DNA of 46,189 nucleotides from an uncultured Acidobacteriaceae bacterium (GTDB taxonomy: Bacteria; Acidobacteriota; Terriglobia; Terriglobales; Acidobacteriaceae). The translations under genes and the position numbers were made by a program. Shown here piece by piece: positions 1-9,627 of the stretch. How positions within the stretch are numbered: position 1 is the stretch's first letter; every line of letters starts with the position of its first letter. The notes below the pieces were generated by a model. It made no database searches, was not told the DNA's origin, and saw only the letters and a list, made by a program, of their open reading frames with translations. The stretch covers positions 1 through 46,189 of the forward strand of contig CAXTRN010000001.1 of the NCBI GenBank assembly GCA_964246645.1. The letters run 5' to 3'.

Positions 1-777
1 AAGGTACCCGGGTGCCAACACGAAACGAACCTGCTCGATCGGTACGTGCGCGGGTACCCGCAGCACCGCCACAGACGTGTCCCCTTCCTGTCGCACCGCA
101 CCCGTCGAAGCCACGGCTGTGAACAGGGTCTGCCGTTCACGGCTCGGCGCCACAGCCGCGCCCGCGATGAGCGCTAGCGGCGGTGTACGCACAGCTACAC
201 CGTTCGGGGTACGCAGGTTCAGATCGACATGCAGCACCGGTGCTTCTGTTTCAGCAAGCGGCAAAATGGTCCATTCTCCCAAACCCACCTGTTCCAGATC
301 GAAGATCGCAAACGTTCCCAGTGAGGTGGTTTTGCCGCGCTCCATGCCGGAAACCCGCACCGACCCGACGAAATTGTGTCCACGCAGCAGCAAGCGCACC
401 TCCGCATATGGGCGTGCCGGCATGCGCAAATCGAAGTGCAAAGCATCGCCGTGCCGGGTCAAATTTTCTACGGCTGCCGGCGCATCCCCCACTGGCTCCG
501 GTCCGCTTTCGGTAAGAAAGTACGGCACCTCCGCTTCTTTGCCAGCAGCCATGCTTGTATCGGCACCCGCAAACACACGCAGATCCGTGTGCGCCGGCGA
601 CGCCGTGTGCGCCAGCGTTTCCGCATCCAGCGTGACACAGGCCAGGCCGCTATGTGCGCCGGATATTTCGACAGTTCGTTCGAAATACAGGTGTTCCGGT
701 ATTGCCGGAGCGCCCAGACGAACCACAAGGGCGCTTTGCCACCACAGCGCCATCCACACCGCCACGTGACCTTTCAT
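1..777 (-). CDS. Hypothetical exported protein, possibly DUF3999-like; runs off the left window edge
   Basis: Hand-translated open frame from ATG at 777 (MKGHVAVWMALWWQSALVV...HLYFERTVEISGAHSGLACVTLDAETLAH...DLRVF...EVPYFLTES) with no stop before position 1. Not in the ORF track. The family call is from resemblance only. Confidence 0.7.
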   Translation of the reverse strand, partial: MKGHVAVWMALWWQSALVVRLGAPAIPEHLYFERTVEISGAHSGLACVTLDAETLAHTASPAHTDLRVFAGADTSMAAGKEAEVPYFLTESGPEPVGDAPAAVENLTRHGDALHFDLRMPARPYAEVRLLLRGHNFVGSVRVSGMERGKTTSLGTFAIFDLEQVGLGEWTILPLAETEAPVLHVDLNLRTPNGVAVRTPPLALIAGAAVAPSRERQTLFTAVASTGAVRQEGDTSVAVLRVPAHVPIEQVRFVLAPGYL

Positions 778-1019
778 CGCTGGCAATCCCGCTTACGGGG
801 GATAGCCAGCGACGTAACGTCCAGACAAACTGCGAGCACGTGATGTTCTCGGCCTTCCAGACTTTCCGTGCACCCGCACATGGGGACACTGTACGCTGGC
901 AGTCTGCCCCGTGGACATACGAAAGGTGGTGCGTGACCACGGGCAGCACGGAGACCGCGGCAAAGCCGCCAATGCGTCAACGACGAGCTGTCGGCCCCTG
1001 CAGGTGAAAAGAGGCTTTT

Positions 1020-1832
1020 ATGAACACCGGTGCATCGAGGGGCAGAGCTGTCCTGGTGATCGACGACGACGAGGTGATGCGCGAACTGCTTTTGGCGCTG
1101 CTCACCTTGCAAGGCGACGCGGTGGAGATAGCCGCTTCGGGCGAACAGGCTTTGGTGCTGCTGCGGGAGGCTCCCATTCTTGATTTGGTGTTGACGGATC
1201 TGCAAATGCCCAGCCTCGAAGGCGCGGCGCTCGTCGGAGCCCTGCGGTCCGCCATCGCGCCCGACACCCTGCTCATCGGCATGAGCGGCAGCCGGCCTTC
1301 AGAGGGTGTTCTACGTTCGCTTGACGCTTTCGTCGCTAAACCGTTTGCAACAACGCAACTCAGCGAAGCCATCGCAGCGGCACAGAAAACGCGGCAAATT
1401 GTCAGAAAGGCCGACATCTCGCATCGATTCCAGGCGGAAGTGACGGATACGGCTCGTTTCACTGGTGAGGCGCTCGGCACCTCCTCAGGAGCCCCTGAAG
1501 GCAGCTTAAAAAGCGTACCGCTTGACGAAGTCATCTTTAGGGCAATGACTCTTAAATTCCAGCCGCAACCCCTTCGCGAACTGTACGTCCTCACCCTCGA
1601 CGACATTGCCAACCGCCACCGCCGCATGGAACAACACGCCCTTGCCCGCGATTTCGCCTCTGTTCGGCGTGAAGCGCATTCCATCAAGGGCCTGTGCGGG
1701 ATGGTCGGTGCACGCGAATTGCAGGAATTGGCCGCCCTGCTCGAAGGAGGAACCACCCTCAATACATCGATCCTTGCCGATTTTCCGCCGGCGTGCGTTC
1801 GCCTTCGGCGTATGCTGGACGCAAAGTTTTAG
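1020..1832 (+). CDS. Response regulator receiver domain fused to a C-terminal Hpt domain
   Basis: REC motifs VLVIDDD, DLVLTDLQMP and AKPF; Hpt motif REAHSIKGLCGMVGA. Confidence 0.88.
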   Translation: MNTGASRGRAVLVIDDDEVMRELLLALLTLQGDAVEIAASGEQALVLLREAPILDLVLTDLQMPSLEGAALVGALRSAIAPDTLLIGMSGSRPSEGVLRSLDAFVAKPFATTQLSEAIAAAQKTRQIVRKADISHRFQAEVTDTARFTGEALGTSSGAPEGSLKSVPLDEVIFRAMTLKFQPQPLRELYVLTLDDIANRHRRMEQHALARDFASVRREAHSIKGLCGMVGARELQELAALLEGGTTLNTSILADFPPACVRLRRMLDAKF

Positions 1833-1888
1833 GTTACTTAAGGTCAAAACGAGTTACCAAAGTTCCATCCAATTTCTAGGAGAGCCCC

Positions 1889-2620
1889 ATGATGTCCACT
1901 GCACGGAAACCCTTGACCGCGAGCGCCCCTGGTCCGGCGCCGGTTCTGAATCGCTCGGGAGCTATCCGCATTGTTGTTGCTGACGACCACCCGGTGGTGC
2001 GCTTCGGCGTCATCAACATGCTGAAGGGTGACCATCAGTTCGAAGTGGTCGGCGAAGCCGAAGACGGCGATCAGGCGGTCACCCAAACCCTGGAACTCGA
2101 ACCGGATATTCTTCTGCTCGATCTGGCGATGCCGCGCCTGCCGGGCCTGGAAGCCATGCGCGCCATCATGAGCCGCTCGCCGCGCGTAAAGATCCTCTTG
2201 CTGACCAGCACCATCTCCACGCAACAGGTCATTGAGGCGCTCCAAATCGGGGCCCGCGGCATTGTGCTCAAAGATTCCGTCGCCAGCGACCTCTGGGAAT
2301 CGCTGCGCGCTGTCCTTAACGGCGATTATTGGATCGGCGGCCGGCGCGTCATCAACCTCCTTACAGCCTTGCATGAGCTGATGCAGCAGGCAGCCGCTGT
2401 TCCTGAACGGAAAACCTACGGCCTTACGCCCCGCGAGCTCGAAGTGGTCAGCTGCATCGTCGAAGGCTGCTCCAACAAGGACATTGCCAAGCAGTTCACC
2501 ATCTCGGAAGAAACAGTGAAGCGGCATTTATCGAATATCTTCGATAAAACCGGCGTTTCCACCCGGCTGGAGCTCGCCTTGTTCGCCATCAGTCACAAAT
2601 TGGTGGACATCGACGCATAG
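1889..2620 (+). CDS. NarL/FixJ (LuxR-HTH) family DNA-binding response regulator
   Basis: IVVADDHPVVRFG, PDILLLDLAMP; LuxR HTH LTPRELEV...GCSNKDIA...ISEETVKRHLSNIFDK; AGGAG RBS upstream. Confidence 0.95.
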   Translation: MMSTARKPLTASAPGPAPVLNRSGAIRIVVADDHPVVRFGVINMLKGDHQFEVVGEAEDGDQAVTQTLELEPDILLLDLAMPRLPGLEAMRAIMSRSPRVKILLLTSTISTQQVIEALQIGARGIVLKDSVASDLWESLRAVLNGDYWIGGRRVINLLTALHELMQQAAAVPERKTYGLTPRELEVVSCIVEGCSNKDIAKQFTISEETVKRHLSNIFDKTGVSTRLELALFAISHKLVDIDA

Positions 2621-2660
2621 TTGCTGCAAAAGAGGAGTCGTGTCGCTTTACCCATATTCC

Positions 2661-2722
2661 GGCTATGCGGGACTGCGATCGTCCCGCATAGCCATCCTGC
2701 ATGCACGAAGATGCATGCAGGA
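2661..2722. terminator. Two adjacent perfect hairpins (13-bp and 11-bp stems) downstream of the response regulator
   Basis: GGCTATGCGGGAC/GTCCCGCATAGCC (2661-2693) and TCCTGCATGCA/TGCATGCAGGA (2695-2722). There is no U-tract, so a terminator role is uncertain. Confidence 0.45.
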
Positions 2723-2785
2723 ACGGCGCTCTGCGGCTCTGTTCTGCATCGGCATTGCCCTGATCCGCATCCATTGTGATGACGG

Positions 2786-3826
2786 ATGCGCGACTCACTC
2801 CATGACGTTCTCGTGATCGGTGCAGGCCCGACCGGTCTGGCCTGCGCCATCGACGCGCAAAACGAGGGTCTCGATGTCGTTCTGGTGGACAAGGGCTGTT
2901 TGACCAACTCGCTCTTTCACTACCCGGCGCACATGACCTTTTTCACCACGCCGGAATTGCTGGAGATCGGCAATATGCCGTTTTCCTCACCCAACCAGAA
3001 GCCCACCCGCGGCGAAGCGCTGGAGTATTACCGCAAGGTCGCCCAGCACTACGCGCTCGATGTGCGCCAGTACGAACGTGTTGACAGAGTGACTGGCGCT
3101 GATGGGGAGTTTTCCGTTCACACCATCGACCGATTCGAACGCGAACACGTCCATCGCACCCGGAAGATCATCGTCTCGACGGGGTACTACGACCTACCCA
3201 ACCATCTGGGGATTCCGGGCGAAAACCTGCCCAAGGTCGCGCATTATTACAACGAGCCGCACCCGTTTTTTGCGCAGGATGTGCTCGTGATCGGCGGCAA
3301 AAATTCAGCCGCCATCGCCGCGCTCGATCTGTGGCGGCACGGGGCGCGCGTAACACTGGTGCATCGCGGCGCGGAACTGCACCGGCACATCAAGTATTGG
3401 ATCAAACCGGACATCGAAAACCGCATCAAAAATGAAGAAATCAAGGCTTATTTCAACACTTCTGTGATCGACATTGCCGAAGATACGGTGACCCTGGCTA
3501 CACCCGAAGGCGAGCGGGTGATCAAGAATGAGTTCGTCTTCGCGCTCACCGGCTACCATCCAGATTTTACGTTTATCGAGTCTCTCGGCGTGCATCTGGA
3601 CCCCGATAACGCCCGCTGTCCCATCTTCAAGCCGAATACGCTGGAGTCCAACGTGCCCGGCATTTATGTCGCTGGTGTCGTGGTTGCGGGCGAGCGCACG
3701 AATGAAGTGTTCATCGAAAATGGGCGGTTCCACGGCGCGGTCATTGCAGCGGATTTAGCGGAAAAGCTGGGCAACAAACAGCGTGTACAGCCGGTGGCGC
3801 CCCTATATACGGTGGCGGCTGAGTAG
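2786..3826 (+). CDS. ypdA: YpdA-family FAD-dependent (putative bacillithiol disulfide) reductase
   Basis: GAGPTG FAD motif, NSLFHYPAHMTFFTTPELLEIG, VIGGKNSA, FIENGRFHG; lacks the TrxB CXXC. Confidence 0.9.
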   Translation: MRDSLHDVLVIGAGPTGLACAIDAQNEGLDVVLVDKGCLTNSLFHYPAHMTFFTTPELLEIGNMPFSSPNQKPTRGEALEYYRKVAQHYALDVRQYERVDRVTGADGEFSVHTIDRFEREHVHRTRKIIVSTGYYDLPNHLGIPGENLPKVAHYYNEPHPFFAQDVLVIGGKNSAAIAALDLWRHGARVTLVHRGAELHRHIKYWIKPDIENRIKNEEIKAYFNTSVIDIAEDTVTLATPEGERVIKNEFVFALTGYHPDFTFIESLGVHLDPDNARCPIFKPNTLESNVPGIYVAGVVVAGERTNEVFIENGRFHGAVIAADLAEKLGNKQRVQPVAPLYTVAAE

Positions 3827-3908
3827 ATTCTCCCTGCCCTATCGCAAAGCAACAATGCGGCATAGCAGGATGGTCGCCTGCGCGACGACCCTGTCCTTGC
3901 CGCCGTGG

Positions 3909-4754
3909 TTAGCTCACGACCCGTCGCCGAAACCCGCGCATGCCCAGCCACGTGAGCAGTGCCAGGAAGAAGACCAGCATGCCCAGGATCATGGCATCGG
4001 GCATGTGCCCCATTCCCGGCGTAAGCGCCGCGCGCAGACCTTCGCTAATGTACACGCTAGGGCTGATCAGCACGCCACCCTGCAGCCACGGAATCCTTCC
4101 GAGCGCGGCCCAGGGATAATACACACAGCCCAGGAATGTGATTGGAATCACCACCACGCCGAAGATCAATCCAATCTGCTTCGGTTGCACGCTGGTGCCG
4201 ATGACGAGGCCAAGCGCCCCCGCCACCAGGCTTCCCAGCAGGAGCACAAGCAGCAAAAATGGCCAGCTGGATACATGCGCTTCCACCGGCGTGGACGGGA
4301 TGTAATACGCCAGCGGGAACACAATCGCCGCAGCCAGCATGCTTTGCAGCGCGGAAAACATCACCTTTTCGAGCGCGACGCCCTCGATCGGCAAGGGCGA
4401 CATCACCCGGTCGTCGATCTCACGCGTGATGCCGAACTCCTGCGCCAAGGGCAGCGCCACGGCGGCAATACCGGAAAACATGATTGCTACGGCCATGAGA
4501 CCGGGCAGCAGCACCGTGCCGAAGCCGCCCCCGCCAGCGATGCCGGCCATTCGCGCCGCGGGACTTTGTGCAGCGGCACTGCCCGTCATGTGCGGCATCA
4601 CATAGGTGAAAACGAACAGAAACAGCAGCGGGTTCATCACGACACGCACGAGAAACGGCGCAAGCTCTCGCCGCAAAACATAAAAGTCGCGCAGCAACAG
4701 GCCGCCAAAGGCGCGCAGGTAATTCGCTGACTGTCCGGCAGATGTTTTATTCAC
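3909..4754 (-). CDS. ABC-2 type transporter permease
   Basis: Six-TM pattern with LLPGLMAVAIMF, REIDDRVMSPLP and SPSVYISEGLR. The likely GTG start at 4754 overlaps the ATPase stop. Confidence 0.88.
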   Translation of the reverse strand: MNKTSAGQSANYLRAFGGLLLRDFYVLRRELAPFLVRVVMNPLLFLFVFTYVMPHMTGSAAAQSPAARMAGIAGGGGFGTVLLPGLMAVAIMFSGIAAVALPLAQEFGITREIDDRVMSPLPIEGVALEKVMFSALQSMLAAAIVFPLAYYIPSTPVEAHVSSWPFLLLVLLLGSLVAGALGLVIGTSVQPKQIGLIFGVVVIPITFLGCVYYPWAALGRIPWLQGGVLISPSVYISEGLRAALTPGMGHMPDAMILGMLVFFLALLTWLGMRGFRRRVVS

Positions 4755-5700
4755 GCAGTTCCCTTCCTGTAAGCCGAATGAATACGGTTTCCAGGCTGGG
4801 CTCCGCCGTGGACAGATCGCGCAGGCCGTGCTGGGACGCCACACTCACCACCGCGGCCAGCAGCCCATCCTGCCCCCGTGCCAGTACCCGTAGACCGCCG
4901 GGCATGTCTTCGACCCCGGTCACGCCATCCAGCGGCTCCAGCCGCGCGCGCAGGGCTTCCGCGTTGCCATCGGCCAGGCGCAACTCATAAAGTTTGTCGC
5001 CGCCCACCGTCGCCTTCAACGCCGCCGGGGTGTCTTCGACCAGGATGCGGCCATGGTCGATGATCGACAGCCGATCACACAGCTCATCCGCTTCTTCCAT
5101 GTAGTGCGTGGTCAGCACGACCGTGATGCCTTCACGCCGCAACCCGCGAACCGCCTCCCACATCGCCAATCGGCTTTGCGGATCGAGCCCAGCGCTCGGC
5201 TCGTCGAGAAAAAGCACCTTGGGCCGGTGGGCGATCGCACGCGCGATCTGCACGCGCTGCGCCAGCCCTCCACTCAGCTGCTGCGGGTAGGCCTTTGCAC
5301 GGTCGGTGAGCCGAAACTGGTCCAGCAACTGCGCCGTGCGCGCTCGGCCTTCAGCACGGCTCATGCCGAAGTACACACAATGGAACTGGATGTTTTCCGC
5401 AACGGTGCAAGCGCGGTCGAGCGTGTTGTACTGCGGCACCACGCCGATGTACTGCCGGGCCTGTGCCGGACGGGCAACCACATCCACGCCGGCGATGTGC
5501 ACGCTGCCGGCTGTCGGCACAGCACGGGTGGTGCTGATCGAAATCGTCGTCGTTTTGCCGGCGCCATTGGGCCCAAGCAGGCCGTACAGCTCACCTTCCC
5601 GTACCTGCAGGTCGATGCCATCCACCGCCGCTACCGGCTGCTTACCGCCATAAACCTTGCGCAATCCCCGGATGTCGACAATGGTGCTGCTTGCAGCCAC
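4747..5700 (-). CDS. ABC transporter ATP-binding protein (DrrA/NodI-like)
   Basis: Walker A GPNGAGKTT, signature LSGG, Walker B LFLDEPSAGLD, H-loop TTHYMEEA, C-terminal PSLETVF. Confidence 0.93.
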   Translation of the reverse strand: MAASSTIVDIRGLRKVYGGKQPVAAVDGIDLQVREGELYGLLGPNGAGKTTTISISTTRAVPTAGSVHIAGVDVVARPAQARQYIGVVPQYNTLDRACTVAENIQFHCVYFGMSRAEGRARTAQLLDQFRLTDRAKAYPQQLSGGLAQRVQIARAIAHRPKVLFLDEPSAGLDPQSRLAMWEAVRGLRREGITVVLTTHYMEEADELCDRLSIIDHGRILVEDTPAALKATVGGDKLYELRLADGNAEALRARLEPLDGVTGVEDMPGGLRVLARGQDGLLAAVVSVASQHGLRDLSTAEPSLETVFIRLTGRELRE

Positions 5701-5898
5701 AGGTGTTGCTCCTCCCCTGTCTGATGCGGCTTTTCTCCTTGCTCCTGTACTTCTTTCGCAAAATGAGTGCTCTGGCCGAAGAGAGGAAAAGTGACTTGGG
5801 TGCGCGCGGCGCTCACCTGAACGAACCGGCTAACACTTCACGCGCCGATTCGGCGGAAACGCAAGCGCGTAAACTAGGGTTCGGACGCCCGACGCACC

Positions 5899-7452
5899 AT
5901 GATCACCCTTCAACAAGACGACATCATCGAAAGCCTGCGCGCCGCGCTGCAGTACATCAGCTTTTACCATCCGGTCGACTACATCACGAACCTTGCCCGT
6001 GCCTATGATCTTGAGCAATCGCCTGCAGCCAAAGACGCGATGAAGCAGATTCTGGTCAACTCGCGCCTGTGCGCCGAAGGCCATCGCCCCATCTGCCAGG
6101 ACACCGGAATCGTTACCGTTTTTATCAAGCTCGGCATGGAGTGCCGCCTCAGCAAAGGCGATGCGCCGGCAACCATGAGCCTGCAAGGCATTTGCGATCA
6201 GGGTGTGCGCGAAGCCTGGCTCGACCCCGACAACCGGTTGCGTGGCTCCATCCTCGCCGACCCAGCGTTCAGCCGCAAAAACACCAAAGACAACACGCCT
6301 TGCGTGGTCGAGGTCACCCTTGTTCCCGGGCAAAAGATGGAGGTCACGGTTGCGGCCAAGGGGGGCGGTTCCGAGGCAAAATCCAAATTCGTCATGCTCA
6401 ATCCATCAGATTCGGTGGTCGATTGGGTGCTAAAGACTGTGCCGACGATGGGCGCCGGCTGGTGCCCGCCCGGCATGCTCGGCATCGGCCTCGGCGGTAC
6501 CGCCGAAAAAGCCATGCTGCTGGCCAAGCAATCCCTCATGGACCCGATCGACATGCAGGCGCTCAAAGCCCGCGGTCCGCGTACAAACATCGAAAAAATG
6601 CGTGTCGATCTTTACGACGGCATCAACGCGCTCGGCATCGGAGCACAGGGTCTTGGCGGCCTCACAACGGTTCTCGATGTAAAGATTCTAGACTGGCCCA
6701 CGCACGCTGCCAACCTGCCCGTCGCGATGATTCCCAACTGCGCCGCCACCCGTCACGCTCATTTTGTACTCGACGGCTCCGGCCCGGTGTACCTCGACCC
6801 GCCGAACCTCGAAGACTGGCCAAAGCTCACCTATGACCCGCTCGCCTCGGGAGCCCGGCGGGTCGACCTCGACACGCTCACCCGTGCCGAGATCGCGACC
6901 TGGGCGCCGGGGGATGTGTTGCTGCTCAACGGCAAGCTGCTCACGGGCCGCGATGCCGCTCACAAGCGCATGACAGACATGCTCAGCCGGGGCGAAACGC
7001 TGCCCGTTGATTTCGACGGAAAGCTCATCTACTACGTCGGTCCAGTCGACGCCGTGCGCGATGAGGCCGTCGGCCCGGCCGGCCCCACCACCGCCACGCG
7101 CATGGACAAGTTCACGCGGCAAATGCTCGAACAAACCGGCCTGCTCGGCATGGTCGGCAAGGCCGAGCGCGGCGTCGCGGCCATCGATGCCATCCGCGAC
7201 AACCGCGCTGTCTACCTGATCGCTATCGGCGGCGCGGCCTACCTTGTCTCAAAGGCCATCAAGCACTCCCGCCTGCTGGCCTTTGAAGATCTTGGCATGG
7301 AGGCTATCTACGAGTTCGAGGTCGTCGATATGCCTGTCACCGTTGCCGTCGATACCCATGGCACCAGCGTCCACATCACCGGCCCTGCTGTGTGGAAAGA
7401 CCGCATCGCCCACTCGATGGAGTTGGCCGGCACGGCCATCCTTGGTCAATGA
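5899..7452 (+). CDS. fumA: Class I (Fe-S) fumarate hydratase
   Basis: RPICQDTG, AAKGGGSE, GAGWCPPG, NCAATRH, GRDAAHKR, GPTTATRMD. Confidence 0.93.
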   Translation: MITLQQDDIIESLRAALQYISFYHPVDYITNLARAYDLEQSPAAKDAMKQILVNSRLCAEGHRPICQDTGIVTVFIKLGMECRLSKGDAPATMSLQGICDQGVREAWLDPDNRLRGSILADPAFSRKNTKDNTPCVVEVTLVPGQKMEVTVAAKGGGSEAKSKFVMLNPSDSVVDWVLKTVPTMGAGWCPPGMLGIGLGGTAEKAMLLAKQSLMDPIDMQALKARGPRTNIEKMRVDLYDGINALGIGAQGLGGLTTVLDVKILDWPTHAANLPVAMIPNCAATRHAHFVLDGSGPVYLDPPNLEDWPKLTYDPLASGARRVDLDTLTRAEIATWAPGDVLLLNGKLLTGRDAAHKRMTDMLSRGETLPVDFDGKLIYYVGPVDAVRDEAVGPAGPTTATRMDKFTRQMLEQTGLLGMVGKAERGVAAIDAIRDNRAVYLIAIGGAAYLVSKAIKHSRLLAFEDLGMEAIYEFEVVDMPVTVAVDTHGTSVHITGPAVWKDRIAHSMELAGTAILGQ

Positions 7453-8324
7453 GTGGGCGCGGCTTGATCGGGCGCGGCCAGCGCCGCTGCCACGGCCTGC
7501 TGCAAGTTGCCCGTTGGGCGGCCAATCAAGCGGCTCAGGTCATGTGAGGTGGTTGTGCGCTCGCCACGGCTCGCTCCGGCGTCAGCATCCGCGATCGCCT
7601 TTGCCACCGGCTCCGGGAGGCCGAACCCCACCAGGGCTTTGGCGTAGTCGGCTTCCGGCAAATCGTGATACGCCACGGGCTTGCCTGCTTGCCGGCTCAC
7701 CTCCGCGGCAAACTCCTGCAAGGTATATGGTGTGTCGCCGCCCAACTCGTACATCTTGTTGACGTCCGCGGTTCCCGTAAGCACAGCGACCGCAGCCGCG
7801 GCGTAATCCGCACGCGGCGCCGCGGCAAAGCGACCGTTTTTGGCTGCGCCCAGAACAGCGCCGTGTGCAAGCGCCGCGCCGAGGCTCCCGGTGTGGTTTT
7901 CGGTGTACCAGCCATTGCGCAACAGAACATAGGGCAGCCCGGAAGCCTGGATATCCTGTTCGGTTTGCTTGTGCTCGATCGCCAGTTGCAGGGTGGAAGT
8001 ATCCGCGTTCAGGATACTTGTGTAGGCAAGCAGCTTTGCGCCGGCGGTGCGCGCTGCTTGCACCACCGCGGCATGCTGCGCTACCCGCTTCCCAAGCTCG
8101 CTGGACGAGATCAGCAAGACCTTTTCCGCGCCCTGGAAGGCAGCTGCCAGCGTTTCCGGTTGGGAATAATCCGCTTGCCGTACCTGCACGCCTTTTCGCT
8201 GTAGCTCCTGTGCTTTCGCGATGTTTCGCACCACCGCGACGATCTTTTGTTTGTCAACGACCTTCAGTAGCGCTTCCACTACCAGCCGACCTAGCTGCCC
8301 ATTAGCGCCTGTAACGACGATCAT
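7446..8324 (-). CDS. qorB: NAD(P)H:quinone oxidoreductase, QorB/YtfG-like atypical SDR
   Basis: MIVVTGANGQLGRLVV, LLISSSELGKRVAQH, LRNGWYTEN; divergent from a QorR-like regulator. Confidence 0.88.
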   Translation of the reverse strand: MIVVTGANGQLGRLVVEALLKVVDKQKIVAVVRNIAKAQELQRKGVQVRQADYSQPETLAAAFQGAEKVLLISSSELGKRVAQHAAVVQAARTAGAKLLAYTSILNADTSTLQLAIEHKQTEQDIQASGLPYVLLRNGWYTENHTGSLGAALAHGAVLGAAKNGRFAAAPRADYAAAAVAVLTGTADVNKMYELGGDTPYTLQEFAAEVSRQAGKPVAYHDLPEADYAKALVGFGLPEPVAKAIADADAGASRGERTTTSHDLSRLIGRPTGNLQQAVAAALAAPDQAAPTH

Positions 8325-8409
8325 CTGTATGCCCTCTCTTTCCTGCTCTTTTCAAACTAGGCCATGAGCTTACTTTTGAGAAGTACGTACATTTCTGTAA
8401 GCTGGTTAC

Positions 8410-8799
8410 ATGCCTTCCATCGCGGCTCGCTCTTCCCGAAAACAGCAGGGCAATCTGTACGCGGCCGATTGCCCTACGCGCACCGTTCTGGACCACGTCA
8501 CCTCTCGCTGGAGCTGCTTGATTCTGATCACGCTTTTGCAGCGAACCCATCGCTTTAGCGAACTGCGAAACCACATTGGCGGCGTAAGTGAACGTATGCT
8601 CGCTCATTCGCTCCAGGCCCTGGAAGGAGACGGTTTCGTCCTCCGCGTGGTGTTTTCGACCAAGCCGCCAAAGGTGGAATACAGCCTGACGCCACTCGGC
8701 AAAGAAGTCGCCGAGCGGGTGCATGCGCTCACGCATTGGGTGGAAACCAATCTTCCGCGGGTTCTGCAAGAACGTAGCCGACGGCTGAATCTGTCATAG
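8410..8799 (+). CDS. qorR: HxlR/DUF24 winged-helix regulator (QorR/YtfH-like)
   Basis: CPTRTVLDHVTSRW, RFSELR...GGVSERMLAHSLQALE, PPKVEYSLTPLG. Confidence 0.88.
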   Translation: MPSIAARSSRKQQGNLYAADCPTRTVLDHVTSRWSCLILITLLQRTHRFSELRNHIGGVSERMLAHSLQALEGDGFVLRVVFSTKPPKVEYSLTPLGKEVAERVHALTHWVETNLPRVLQERSRRLNLS

Positions 8800-8877
8800 C
8801 CCTGAATGTGCGGCGATGGACAGTTATGAGGCGAGCGGACAGTTGCTGCAATCGACAAGACTTGTCATGCTCAAAGG

Positions 8878-9336
8878 ATGAATCGAATCGCGGCACTGCT
8901 CGTCATCACCATTTGCGGCACCACGTTATATCGGGTCGCGGCCCAGGAAAAGGGCAACTGGCGCGCCGCCGGCAACACGGCCAAGCACATCACCGGCGAC
9001 ATTACCTTTGCGGGCCAAAAGATCGCGATCAACTTTTCCGCCTTTACCGTGGCCCAGATCCACGATCTGCAGCCGGTTGAAACCGCCGCACTATTTCCGG
9101 GGCAAAGCGCAACCAACGGCTCCGGCAGCCTGTACCGCACCAGCATTCCCGCGGCGAAAACCTTTCTCCACCACAACACGCTGTGTGGGTCGGAAGACAC
9201 GCAGTGGATTGCCACCTATGTTTCCGGCCGCGACCTGCAGCTGGCCTTCTTTTCAGGTTCCCAAATGCCTGTGTTTACGCCGGACGCCCTGGCCAATACC
9301 ACCAATCTTTGTGGCACATTCGCCTACGTACGCTAG
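8878..9336 (+). CDS. Hypothetical secreted protein
   Basis: N-terminal signal-like segment and two mature-region Cys (LCGSED, LCGTF); fits the gene spacing. Confidence 0.75.
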   Translation: MNRIAALLVITICGTTLYRVAAQEKGNWRAAGNTAKHITGDITFAGQKIAINFSAFTVAQIHDLQPVETAALFPGQSATNGSGSLYRTSIPAAKTFLHHNTLCGSEDTQWIATYVSGRDLQLAFFSGSQMPVFTPDALANTTNLCGTFAYVR

Positions 9337-9627
9337 CCCTCCCTCTTTTGAGCCTGTCTCGGGTATGTCCATCGATACTGCGCGCGCACCTGGCTGTACA
9401 GGCCGAACCTCTTACGAACGGCTGACGGCCATGCCACCTTCTACCCTGATCCATTGAGCTTCTCCCTCAAAAGCGGTACGAAGGTGCACAAAAGTAGGGT
9501 ACGAACGGCTGTCCGAAGGTGAAACAAAGGACTACCTTTCAGAAAACGGGGGCATCCGACCTTTTGAGCGCATACTTCTGCGCCCGCAGGCGACCGCTTC
9601 CGCGCTTCACGTCTGCAAGGAGAAACG

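Noticed and set aside
9340-9570. Short repeats upstream of the OmpA-family gene (TACGAACGGCTG x2; CTTTTGAG and its inverse)
   Set aside because: No regular spacing and no recognisable operator or RNA motif; insufficient support.
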